A stretch of DNA of 64,000 nt from a virus (taxonomy: Duplodnaviria > Caudoviricetes). Both the position numbers and the translations under genes were made by a program. The stretch spans positions 2,421-66,420 of the IMG/VR virus record IMGVR_UViG_3300029959_000012, one strand, 5' to 3'. How positions within the stretch are numbered: position 1 is the stretch's first letter; each line of letters opens with the position of its first letter. This document shows positions 31,401-38,333 of this stretch, in pieces. The notes beneath the pieces are model-generated. The model did no database searches. It was not told the origin of the DNA and saw nothing but the letters and a program-made list of their open reading frames with translations.

Positions 31401-31729
31401 TAGACTTTTTTGGCTCGTTCTGCTTTATACTTTAGATCAGCAATCCTTTTATCTTCGGCTTGTTTTGCTAAACTTCTTGCATCATATCCATGACCATACT
31501 GGGCGGCTGATGAAATTTGTGCTGATATATTCTGCGTGATGTTATTACTTGCAATTGGCTTTACACCTTCAACAATCTTACTTACCATTCGCGTGGCTTC
31601 TTCAATCCCACTTACATTTGGCTTATTTGGATTTTGATTATTGATAACAATATTCGAAAGTTCAGGTATGCTGAATTCACCTGATTCAAACATATCCATC
31701 AAATATTGTATGCCTTTTTTTGCGGACAT
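22430..31729 (-). CDS. giant tape-measure-like polyvalent protein (3099 aa) with metallopeptidase and ADP-ribosyltransferase-like modules
   Basis: Position after the tail chaperones; helical tape-measure core with hydrophobic segments (about 25.2-26.1 kb); GPGTSTSDSIPAMLSRGERVI tape-measure motif; HEMAH (30731-30745); ART-like segments. Confidence 0.85.
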   Translation of the reverse strand: MSAKKGIQYLMDMFESGEFSIPELSNIVINNQNPNKPNVSGIEEATRMVSKIVEGVKPIASNNITQNISAQISSAAQYGHGYDARSLAKQAEDKRIADLKYKAERAKKVYKNQHMVPKGVTHDNRLDTDPLYVNLAKKFKAIGDPVPPQGIRNNARYMSYTGQIDPRRHIQLANGGLLNRVNIKTNSYGNSYNLGKVLSRGGIEYLIDNYRGNKTLQITKGKDAERVNEVAELFNKIIVNNLANQYDPNIHSKPAVLGFGEHFDKFMGNMPEHWQRALSVITKNKPILFTHDDYLNRPPTVRGYWDPMGSSIFTRLTKDPEQIQRTLMHEMAHAFYAKSSMGSQRQIQRALRSQGLKLDNNDYWKKPTEVLARAIGYRGAYARGGIANFMNGGLDSDERRIRADQVIFEKFLEQKYIDTEKQIRILRGGTGSGKGQYFVDESREDIARMYADGIGKGLYEVKLPIEMLDKLKDWRISTTIPNASGILKVPTEIAKMARPVPRSSIKINKSKFVNGGRIEGYAEGTNGPVKVPYGEVLKNYANDLTLAGIPLDEIAKRYSTAHFTMHGKVGDVSELVKQSLAPHVTGSQELSKNFNTSKNSIVSNLVKNLALSGHTADMKQLLDSHGIDPAQQEMYIKEGYAQRSTVAYNNFIKKVQSFGNDGDARDKFLKSIKRVQTRNPIFGEISGDPTTGNTVARHVRNLLKSNEVGLMELGIPRSTLRNYDAQVGPQVKVNTKQPKSIPSVNKTLSGIFGKVKALDNFTRVGKNLPQFSMQRLLKSVKAPKVTPGINSLPNLNFMGNSRSSHRYGLLDKLKSHRNDIMSMGLQGAGIAGFIGLGTQLMSTIPTPFNEGGFANGGPMTRKDALNYWTGPGYGNISSYMINPRKFKNIQGINPSEIEEIESVIERLNFETRNPLNDPFSVLFTGLSEDKSKNIFKQFNKKGFGILPSFTSMTPREDIASEFAENGNILQIINPGDLLGTRIDPKESLQPIAEYERLIQSKLKIAPVGGSFERKIADDLFNIHPVRAFANGGDLLRNLHTVKNEGSVGKLLSGNALESSINKHISESDLYNKFLFYAPRLPTSTLNWKMKSLGANDEQLSRFMGMQGRVVANSFTKDPKGFRYFADGGQFGNVMDLVVKRAAGGKGGIPAYLSNDELKLSAGYMKQHGVNPKQLDKLRAFTLGDAKLDNRELASLGNLPTFNSSGISEIHAPGGPRDDKGFGYLEPGSYILPFNTRKALESGGLLNKVSSTFNTVPAFKDGGLLGFAFGGDPESERQRRLSGLATIGMQQAVNNPYFSGLMMLNQGIMDGAQYNPKRGVKLPSATMMQPIKETYQPGMELPQFMNQVIQHPNFLNAVEQNARRGGNVQKDPEVLASSMEKAVGRLIEEVRRGLIQGEYKFKNPVQESRVEANKRRDGDLSKFTNERYDTVGYAVSTDSHDFMSSRIYPVQKASWTDIKDPRFKQTDLFGNIIQGPQKLPEVSAVSNSFASSLNPLQMTMDHFTAFGTSTVSLGKQMEGLDAVVSKSAEEISMLVKNLSGLDKGLASLIHTTTNGQQLGTTINRIFGQGRDGFGKNADPFTALKQHGANTPININPSKDVMFGSTNPYQQKSFSELELGVYRGEMGYNRNGVSNDNVLGIPFAPNNQQLTPVGGMLPKGIARKINENKYLQGMGGIFDKIGDIVDNIHTRKEVEGTVHGTVNTIVGGRYSTGAERDTLRENKKNFSEIEEAITSHISNISNGVIREKEARSMVTFTPKTAYDGNMEIAGADITARAGQSELAKMGMKTHDQFKVQIEQIASLTSAFGKDYQSKLQNILDVSGTQGTLREQLDQRFGKADTSRMFTVGSTGSLNELSANDQRRITSAGFNPNDVMKEQSNLLNGVVSSNSKMTGIFDTATQKVTKLGIEQSKLNKAAGMFGEISWKAASISMASMGVYFSIQGLVMSIEGGLTKIIQPLTDVEGLFKNIGMSNAFGVGANRADKVMEKMGVSSQDMLDAWKNITAMQGTITTMFASLGAKVFGSNDFGDKIMKQVQGLFDELSTPESVGAIQDLLQSIATAVPEIISAVKAMVNIMKVVADNPWLIQMGAQLLMISLLIQPLTAGFSALFTVGAGFLKIGAYINAMSKAILIATVATDGLALSMGALLLDLAIVLVAWEAIGRAIDHVFKTDIPTPTKMIGGFIDRLTGNNTGGFANGTDYLNGPGTSTSDSIPAMLSRGERVIPADLNKKNFAAYEALERGNKFKDGVDSIQTLPSMYNNTSSTVYRSDASYNTSQLATPLTDSAGFNQTTSKVLKNAATPNAIRVEVTNWDGSGSGGALNGSEPSAMEMGLPTLGGFSSGVSPIEVIRKAIDAVTRKPKTGGEDDPNKKPTNDDPTKRGFFDEITRKLFGEEPPVKRTSGEDDPVKKTRTERIKEAFDEAMRRLFGEERVGKLKEVFNKFKDAFDNTLKDTGSDISRSAKISKAFEGIKNTFNKGSLSTVNVYDNPDAYNEDGTLKDAYTNTKSQRFNFKLPELNGKTGLAAATLKGSITEAPKAGNADILMALTGFAQGPEEAKAALANIVGMGAIFGGVTGGLGRVAEKGSTEARRKFAGKALSGITKFAGAADEAALPLAVIEAIDVFNAAEQGKKLPNSPISFLTGDAGNYFGSVGVENKSQEDLKNYKGVTSAITQLMPGMFGDMFRLLRSSDVPRQALSNVTSDYVTKPLNQFGENNIQVENKSLIDNLYDPANIGKMILRTITDVPDFINRTQGSSAANQSAGLFIGVEGFVKSLPSILNTVKELGKQTLSLFTQRPIDTVSAATMSITDVGQSSNSNIARSGQILKGDTAQTQAINAYNKQTTATLKLTRAMDDNARSIADYNNKLNTSSLQFVAGKETTNETTFGNTYAMSSFNGRLPADLLNEKKVATNQSDIIGDSSNWKFVAGNDLNAQFQNALVDNKLGGSLSNDTRNSIYNEVMQTYQTQIQQAQAQASVSDVLTSNGMPNMEAQKPSGGNWWIQGTTGKTSYYEDPNGNKYGFENGYLGSNNTTTGSQTTLANIVLPEVNKPVQETPQTANINQKMDVSLNVSGTTDSQLKQMITDTFKELIAELKRGNNVSGN

Positions 31730-31735
31730 TACTAG

Positions 31736-31759
31736 GATGTCGGCGTTTACTATTTATAA
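31736..31759 (-). promoter_or_regulatory. TATA box plus AACGCCGACATC element of the tape-measure gene promoter
   Basis: TTATAAAT-agta-AACGCCGACATC, 6 nt, ATG; the same element and spacing recur at 37689-37709 and 41199-41219. Confidence 0.55.
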
Positions 31760-31791
31760 CAGAAGTTGTATGTTAGTAATGTGATCACTAG

Positions 31792-31889
31792 TTTTATATA
31801 GTGTCAAGATCCACCTGTATGTGCACATCAGTAACGAAGCAATACAGAAAGCCTAGACTCGTTCTGGTTTTCTTTGTTGTTTTGTTATG
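31792..31889 (+). ncRNA. dispersed hairpin sRNA-like element, copy E5
   Basis: TTTTATATA, GATCCACCTGTATGTGCAC, 21-bp stem with one mismatch and several G:U pairs, CTTTGTTGTTTTGTTATG. Confidence 0.7.
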
Positions 31890-31971
31890 GCTAGGTATGT
31901 GCGCCTGTTTTAGCCTTGGATTGTCAATTAGACAGTAATGGTAGCGTTTTAAAAATAGAGTTTGGTGGTGA

Positions 31972-32337
31972 TTATTCAGTTGTTGGAGTTTCTGGTACTG
32001 CTGTTTTAGACTGTCGTGTGTTAGTCTGTGTCACGGTTACTGGACCATAGTTGTAATTTTCAGCGGCGGTGATGACATCTCTTCCAGGAGCATTTGCAGT
32101 TACAAGTCGCCCAATGCCCATGGTAAGTTGTTCGATGACTCCAACATTGTTGCCGATGTAAGCAATGGTAGATCCCGCGATGTTTGCCACACCGATTACA
32201 TTTGCAACAAACTGTCGATCCTCGCTATTGATAACTAGTAGGGAATTTGGCTGAACAATACCAACATCTGCGAGAGTTGCAGCGTATCTGCCACCCATTT
32301 CAGAAGTATAGTCTTTTCCAATTGAAATAACGTCCAT
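31972..32337 (-). CDS. hypothetical protein inserted between tail chaperone and tape-measure genes
   Basis: 121 aa, own TATA box, flanked by elements E5 and E6. Confidence 0.7.
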   Translation of the reverse strand: MDVISIGKDYTSEMGGRYAATLADVGIVQPNSLLVINSEDRQFVANVIGVANIAGSTIAYIGNNVGVIEQLTMGIGRLVTANAPGRDVITAAENYNYGPVTVTQTNTRQSKTAVPETPTTE

Positions 32338-32543
32338 ACTAGATTAGTGTGGTTTTACCATATATAATATGATATATTTCGTGTATATCTTTAAAATAGA
32401 AATGTAAACTCTAATTACGACTGGCATTCAACCGTCATGCAACTTCGACCACCGGCCAAAATCATCGGGTTTCGCGCTGATAGTCGTGTTGATGTTGAGA
32501 GCAAATGCACAGATATAAATCATCAAGGTAAACACCTCAATGC

Positions 32544-32641
32544 CATAACAAACAACAAAGGAATGGATCTGGATCGGATCTTGTTTCCTGTGTTATTAGT
32601 TAGGTTGTGCACATACAGGTTGTTTCTAATGTTATATATAA
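32544..32641 (-). ncRNA. dispersed hairpin sRNA-like element, copy E6
   Basis: Reverse strand: TTATATAT-type TATA, AACCTGTATGTGCAC, about 18-bp stem, CTTTGTTGTTTGTTATG. Confidence 0.65.
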
Positions 32642-32687
32642 TTTGCTGTTGTATATAACAAGGTGAATTATATAAAAGGTTGTGGGG

Positions 32688-32933
32688 CTAGGCTGGGCCT
32701 CTGCCTTTTATATCATTTATGTATTGATGATAGAATGCTTTTGCAACTGACAAGTTGAATAGGATGTGATTGGTCCATTCAGGATCTTCAAAGATTTCGT
32801 GGGCGAAGCATCCTTTATGCCAACACAATATACCGAGAAGTTTTTTGGTTTGTTCTTCTCGGTAAATATATTCATCTGGATCGTCTATTATGCCTTGGTA
32901 TAATTCATCATTCGTTAGTATTTCGAAAGTCAC
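32688..32933 (-). CDS. tail assembly chaperone, C-terminal (T-like) frame
   Basis: Overlaps the chaperone ORF in the +1 frame; size and position match lambda gpT. Confidence 0.65.
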   Translation of the reverse strand: MTFEILTNDELYQGIIDDPDEYIYREEQTKKLLGILCWHKGCFAHEIFEDPEWTNHILFNLSVAKAFYHQYINDIKGRGPA

Positions 32934-33462
32934 TGTTGTCTATCGATGAGTTTGACGAAACTGCACTAAACAACGAGTAGATATCACCCCATGGAATTTC
33001 ATCGAAAGAACTTGGTTCAATAAGAATGTTTGGAAGGATCTGTTCAACCCATTTATCCATTGATAGAAGGACGACTTCTTTGAGTCTTGGAGTTTCTAGA
33101 ACACGTTCAAGTTGAATGCCATTTTCATCGAGTAGTGGCACCATGATGGGTTTTCCATTTGCGTCAAGTTTGTTCTTGAGTTTTGGTTCACCGTTAGCAT
33201 CGAGAACTGGCTTACCTTTTTCGATGATGGGTTCAGTTTCAGGGATGAAAATTCCTTCTCGTGGACATTCACTTCGCACATTTTCAACTTCCATGAGAAT
33301 TCTGAAATGTTTCCAACCTAGTGAGCCCATTGGAACTTTCATTTTGAAGATTTCACTATCTTTATTACGAACCCAAATTTCACCCTTTGGAACTTCTAGA
33401 TCAGTAACCTTCACCATACTACTTTCGTTTGCTATTTCTTTCTTCGCTGCGGTCATCATCAC
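32908..33462 (-). CDS. tail assembly chaperone (G-like)
   Basis: Between the tail tube and tape-measure genes; followed by an overlapping out-of-frame ORF. Confidence 0.7.
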   Translation of the reverse strand: MMMTAAKKEIANESSMVKVTDLEVPKGEIWVRNKDSEIFKMKVPMGSLGWKHFRILMEVENVRSECPREGIFIPETEPIIEKGKPVLDANGEPKLKNKLDANGKPIMVPLLDENGIQLERVLETPRLKEVVLLSMDKWVEQILPNILIEPSSFDEIPWGDIYSLFSAVSSNSSIDNSDFRNTNE

Positions 33463-33527
33463 CTTGTCAAAAGTTTACTACTTATAAAGTGAGTGAATGG
33501 TGATTTGTCTATTTATAAATGGGAAAG

Positions 33528-34424
33528 TTATGAAAATGTAATTCCTGTGGTGCTTGATGAGGTGCATTTGAAATTTACTGTTCTTTGATATCGTTGACGA
33601 CCACTTGCGCTCCCAGATCCATCAGATAACCACAAATCGTCTAAAGTTATTGTTTGTATTGCTGGTGAAATTCCATCTGGATCATTAAATACAATTACAA
33701 GTGAACCTAATGATGCAGTATTTTTATTGGATGCTAATACTGCCGGTGGATAAGTTCCTGTGGTATCTCCAGTATATGCTACTCTACCAAGTAAGTTACT
33801 TGCATCTTTTGCTGCAAGTTCAAATGAACCTTCAATGGTAAGTTGATCACTTTGTATGATACTTTGTGTATATTCACTACCAATTACATAATCATCTGCT
33901 GATAAAGGTCGTGAAATCTTTAATGTTACTCCTGTTACTTTATAGCCACCAATCACTGCATTATAAAATACTGGAATTGGATCATCATATGATGGACTTG
34001 CGGTGACAGTTACAGAGGTTGTTGCAACAACGTCAGTTCCTACCCAATTGAAATTACATTTTGCAAATTCTCCAGCCTTCATTGATATTTCACAAGAATT
34101 CAATCCTATGCTTCCAAATATAAGTCCTTGGCCATATTCATCGGTGGTGGCTAATTTCTTGTACAGGGTGAAATCATTTGATACTCCTCCTCCAGTTTTG
34201 CCTAACAGACCATGTTCTATAAGATCTGTAAAAATTGCTGGACGATATGCAGCAGAAAATGATCCCGAACATGCAAAAGGCCCGCCCACTATCTTTGGTT
34301 CACCGGCAATATTTAGCGATTTTTCAGAGATCAAATTACGTTGAATTTGGTGTTGTGTATCAGTAATTGGTAAATGTATATATGAACTACCATCTGCTGA
34401 TATTGAAATTCCTCTGACTGCCAT
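33528..34424 (-). CDS. tail tube protein, paralog 2
   Basis: Aligns by eye with 34540-35700 (FYNAV, ISRPLSADDYVIGSEY versus LSRPIDTDDYLIGSEF). Confidence 0.7.
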   Translation of the reverse strand: MAVRGISISADGSSYIHLPITDTQHQIQRNLISEKSLNIAGEPKIVGGPFACSGSFSAAYRPAIFTDLIEHGLLGKTGGGVSNDFTLYKKLATTDEYGQGLIFGSIGLNSCEISMKAGEFAKCNFNWVGTDVVATTSVTVTASPSYDDPIPVFYNAVIGGYKVTGVTLKISRPLSADDYVIGSEYTQSIIQSDQLTIEGSFELAAKDASNLLGRVAYTGDTTGTYPPAVLASNKNTASLGSLVIVFNDPDGISPAIQTITLDDLWLSDGSGSASGRQRYQRTVNFKCTSSSTTGITFS

Positions 34425-34539
34425 ATTAAAGGAATTTGTATGATTTACTTTATATAATACAAGTTAATGGTAATATAATGATTAAAAAAGTTATGAGTTG
34501 GTGAAGTATAGGATTCTATATCCTTTACATACCATATAC

Positions 34540-35700
34540 TCATGCGGCGTTGTTTGCTGGATCGAATACGGCGATTTTGAATTTATCGGTGTTATTGATC
34601 TGTGCTTTCCAAGTGATAGTCTTGTTGAATTTCTGAAGTCCCTGTGCGCTTGCATTTGCTTCGGTAAGTTTACACTTGTTTGCAAGAATATATGTAACAA
34701 CTTTGTCACCGTTGGCACTGTGCAGGAGAATTTCAAGTTGTCCACTTGGAATCTGATTACCAAGGACTGTAGTTGAAGATCCTGAAACTGCACCAAAGTA
34801 TTCAAGCCGTCCCTGATCGAGAGTGTATACGCTGGATGATACTGAACCGGTCATAGTGTTGGAAATCTTATCGTAGTCGGCTGCAGATAGAGTAATGTTA
34901 CCACCAAGGTCGGTGATACCGTTGTAGATGAGATTTGCAAGGAATTCAGATCCGATGAGATAATCGTCGGTATCGATTGGCCGGGAAAGATTGATGCTGA
35001 ACTGTTGACATTTGAATGCTGCTACACTTCCACCTTCTGGAGTCCATTTAAGAACCGCGTTGTAGAACATTGCTGGATCTCCAGCGGGTTCGTTGGTAGA
35101 GTTATATCCAGTTGGGAAAACTTCAACTCTTCGGGCTACCCATGCGCAGTTGATCTGGGCAAACGCTTTTGCCTGAAGTGAAATTTCGGCAGATGATATA
35201 CCTACTCCTCGATAAACGCGAGTGGAACCTACACCTGCAGTAGATTTAGCATTATTATCTACGATTTTAAGTGCAAGGGTTGCTGGAACTACAGATAATT
35301 CATATGCATATCCATTTGAAGTTCCACCAGTTCCACCAGGTCTTGCGTATGCTACCGGAGTCTGATAACCCATGATTCCCATGAGCAGCCCGGATTCGTG
35401 GAAGTCCCAACCTCTAAATGCTCCATTGAAATTACCGGTTAGGTTATCAACACCACCATATATAGATGCGGGTGCTGCCTGATCAGTAGCTTCTTCAAGA
35501 ATAACATCACGCTTGGTTGATTCATCATGAGAAAGCATACGAAGTGTTTTAAATGCCGGAGTTGGGGTTGCACCACCATCAGACTGGTATTTAATGTAAT
35601 CGTTTGCTAGATCATACCCCTTGGCAATATTATAATTATTGACTTCAGTTTCGTCGTACGCTTTTGGGTCAGTTGTGACCGCTAACTGTCTTTGTACCAT
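34540..35700 (-). CDS. major tail tube protein
   Basis: Gene order, a tube-like beta-rich sequence and a GGAGGA Shine-Dalgarno. Confidence 0.75.
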   Translation of the reverse strand: MVQRQLAVTTDPKAYDETEVNNYNIAKGYDLANDYIKYQSDGGATPTPAFKTLRMLSHDESTKRDVILEEATDQAAPASIYGGVDNLTGNFNGAFRGWDFHESGLLMGIMGYQTPVAYARPGGTGGTSNGYAYELSVVPATLALKIVDNNAKSTAGVGSTRVYRGVGISSAEISLQAKAFAQINCAWVARRVEVFPTGYNSTNEPAGDPAMFYNAVLKWTPEGGSVAAFKCQQFSINLSRPIDTDDYLIGSEFLANLIYNGITDLGGNITLSAADYDKISNTMTGSVSSSVYTLDQGRLEYFGAVSGSSTTVLGNQIPSGQLEILLHSANGDKVVTYILANKCKLTEANASAQGLQKFNKTITWKAQINNTDKFKIAVFDPANNAA

Positions 35701-35814
35701 GTGTATTTATTCCTCCGCGCGTTAGGAAATAGCAAGGGCTATTTTTAAATTTTACCATATAAATAATGAGTGATCTATTGTGTTGGTGTGAAAAAAGTTT
35801 AAATATATAGTATG

Positions 35815-36231
35815 TTATGCGAATGGTTCAATACCAATATCTGTAGTCCAATCCAATTCAATTTCATAGACAGCAATCATATCCAATGTAGTTAAACTTC
35901 CTGGCATCTCTGGCTGCACGCTGGTAAATCTAAATCCAGTACACCAAGGAACTTCACTTATTTCTACTGCTTCAGTTACATTGGCAAGGATTTCACCTAC
36001 GACATATGGTAATTCATTTTGATTATCCAGATTCAAATGTATAGTAATTTCAACGTTCACATCATAACTCATCTGGGATTCAAGATCCAGTGGTATGCCA
36101 CTATAATACACCACGCATTCCTTGGCATTCAAAACATTGGTAATATCAGCATTTACATCATAGCCAAGTTCCCTTAAAGTATTCTCAACTATGACTTTGC
36201 AATCGTCGCGTCTAACAACTCTCCTAACCAT
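35815..36231 (-). CDS. tail terminator/completion protein
   Basis: 138-aa acidic protein upstream of the tail tube gene. Confidence 0.55.
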   Translation of the reverse strand: MVRRVVRRDDCKVIVENTLRELGYDVNADITNVLNAKECVVYYSGIPLDLESQMSYDVNVEITIHLNLDNQNELPYVVGEILANVTEAVEISEVPWCTGFRFTSVQPEMPGSLTTLDMIAVYEIELDWTTDIGIEPFA

Positions 36232-36281
36232 ATTAGTTGGGTGACGTTTACTTTATATATAGTGAAACATAATATTAATTC

Positions 36282-36407
36282 ATGAAGGTGCGATGTCCTT
36301 ATTGTGGGTGTGAAAGGGTGATGAAACGATGCAATATCAGTGAAGTTAAAGATAAGGATCCCAATGATATGGTGATGGTGTGTAAGAAGTGTTGGCGTTA
36401 CTTTTAA
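36282..36407 (+). CDS. small zinc-ribbon protein (41 aa)
   Basis: MKVRCPYCGC...VCKKCWRYF, with two CxxC pairs and TTTATATA about 30 nt upstream. Confidence 0.65.
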   Translation: MKVRCPYCGCERVMKRCNISEVKDKDPNDMVMVCKKCWRYF

Positions 36408-36464
36408 GTGCGATGTTTCAACTTGTATGATCGTTAGTTTTATATATCTACAACGCTAATATGG

Positions 36465-36730
36465 TAGTGTAAGATTCGTGGAGATCTTACAGCGAATACC
36501 TTGACGATATTTCATGGTTGACACTCCATTAACGCTTTCAACCCGAGAAAGGGCGGGTAAGTATCGTTGACAAAGGTGTTTCCTAGCATCTAATGAGTCA
36601 TGAATAGTCACACAACACGGCTGTCACCTTGTTGTTTTGTAAACGTGGAGGTTTTTCCCAGTGGTGTTACTCCCACATCATTGGTTTTTTACTTCACGTT
36701 TACAAAGTCATATGACAACTAGTTATTTTC
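36465..36730 (+). ncRNA. candidate structured RNA of about 265 nt
   Basis: TTTTATATAT at 36438; stems TGTAAGAT/ATCTTACA, TTGTAAACGTGGAG/CTTCACGTTTACAA and CCAGTGGTGT/ACATCATTGG; no ORF. Confidence 0.55.
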
Positions 36731-36738
36731 GCGTTAAA

Positions 36739-37680
36739 TTATCGTACGCTACGAATAAATCTCGCTTTTGGACCTTTTTCACCATGCCATAATGATTCTT
36801 CAGCGTATGCTTTTATAACTTCTTCGCGGGCTTTGTATCCTTTTCCGTTGAATTCTTTTAACCAATTTGCCTCGGTTTGTTCAATTTCCTTGGTATATTT
36901 TGGACTACCAGTTCTTCCCGCGCGCACTGCTGCAAGTTCCGATTTGTTGAGTATGCCCATATTGAGAATATATGCATCTATCTTTTTGTTTAAGCGTTGT
37001 TCGGCTTTTCTGATTTCTAGAACAAAAACTCGTTGCCATGCCGCCCATCTAGTTTTTGGTATTCCTTTCCATTTACCGTGTTTGACTCTGAAATCAAGTT
37101 TAGGAACATATGCACGTGGTCCTGCTTTGGCTCCACGTATTAATATTTCAACATAATCTCTATTATTAGTTTTAGCATATACTCGTGCCACATATAACAT
37201 TGCACCGAATGGAGTTACAGATCCTTGTTTAAGGGATCTGCGAAGTTGACCAGTATGTTGTCGGGTTGTATTATATTTTGATGAAGGTTTATTCGATGGA
37301 TGTGGTTTTCTATGTTTTAAACGATTGTAACCAACCCAACTTCCATTTATCCATGCACTGTATGCTGCTACCCGACGATTAAAATACTTATTGACGGTGT
37401 TATACCAAAATTTTTGAAGATATTTAACTTCTACTAGTATTAAGGCTTGGATGTCACGGGCCATTTTATTTGCTACATTGATTTGGGCTTGACGCGCATT
37501 ATCAATACGGTAATTTTTTGACATATAGAAGTAGGTGCCCTTACTAATTTGTAAGGAATTGATGCCTTTGTTAGTGCTTGGTTTGCTATGAAATATACTG
37601 GGATTAACTACTAAATTAAATATGCGCGTATTTGAATTTATTGGTGTTAATTTAATCGCTGCTGGATTTAAAAATGCCAT
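36739..37680 (-). CDS. neck/tail completion protein (HK97 gp10-like), basic
   Basis: HTGQLRRSL motif; position between the adaptor and terminator genes. Confidence 0.6.
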   Translation of the reverse strand: MAFLNPAAIKLTPINSNTRIFNLVVNPSIFHSKPSTNKGINSLQISKGTYFYMSKNYRIDNARQAQINVANKMARDIQALILVEVKYLQKFWYNTVNKYFNRRVAAYSAWINGSWVGYNRLKHRKPHPSNKPSSKYNTTRQHTGQLRRSLKQGSVTPFGAMLYVARVYAKTNNRDYVEILIRGAKAGPRAYVPKLDFRVKHGKWKGIPKTRWAAWQRVFVLEIRKAEQRLNKKIDAYILNMGILNKSELAAVRAGRTGSPKYTKEIEQTEANWLKEFNGKGYKAREEVIKAYAEESLWHGEKGPKARFIRSVR

Positions 37681-37728
37681 ACAAATTAGATCGGCGTTTA
37701 CAATTTAAAAATAGTATGTGGAATTATT

Positions 37729-38196
37729 TTATATTTGATTGTTAAGTCTATTTGTGCCAGTGTATCTGGGTCTTGGGCTATCAACAATGCTTGGGCCGAT
37801 AGCAAGTAATATGGGTTTATGTTCTTCAGTGAGCACTTTTGGTAATAAAGTTTCATCAAATTGAACACCAAATAAATAGGTTAGACATCGTTGACATTCA
37901 GCAGTATCATATACAACTTGAATTTGATTGGTTGATGGTCCACCATCCATTTGTTGTTCGGCCAATCTAGTGTAGTTACGATATCCAAGATACTTTGCAT
38001 AAGTTAAGATACATCGTGATAATGAGGTAGGTTTATATGCAATGTCTACGTCAACATCGAGGGTATCGCCTATCATTTTAATGATTTCATAGGCTTCATT
38101 GAGATCATTGTATGCAAGTTTTGTGTCATATCGATCGATACCTATTTCATTGAGACTATGGTAAAGTTTAGGTATCAAAGTGGATACATCAATCAT
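37729..38196 (-). CDS. head-tail adaptor protein
   Basis: Helical 155-aa protein immediately after the major capsid gene. Confidence 0.6.
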   Translation of the reverse strand: MIDVSTLIPKLYHSLNEIGIDRYDTKLAYNDLNEAYEIIKMIGDTLDVDVDIAYKPTSLSRCILTYAKYLGYRNYTRLAEQQMDGGPSTNQIQVVYDTAECQRCLTYLFGVQFDETLLPKVLTEEHKPILLAIGPSIVDSPRPRYTGTNRLNNQI

Positions 38197-38333
38197 AACA
38201 ACATGTGTAAGTTGTCTTTATAAAAAACAAATGATGGAGAGTTTCGTGTCATATGAATTTGTTACTAATTTATACTAAAATGTGCTAAATTAGTTTATAA
38301 AATATAATATAATATAAGTGAATATTATATTGT

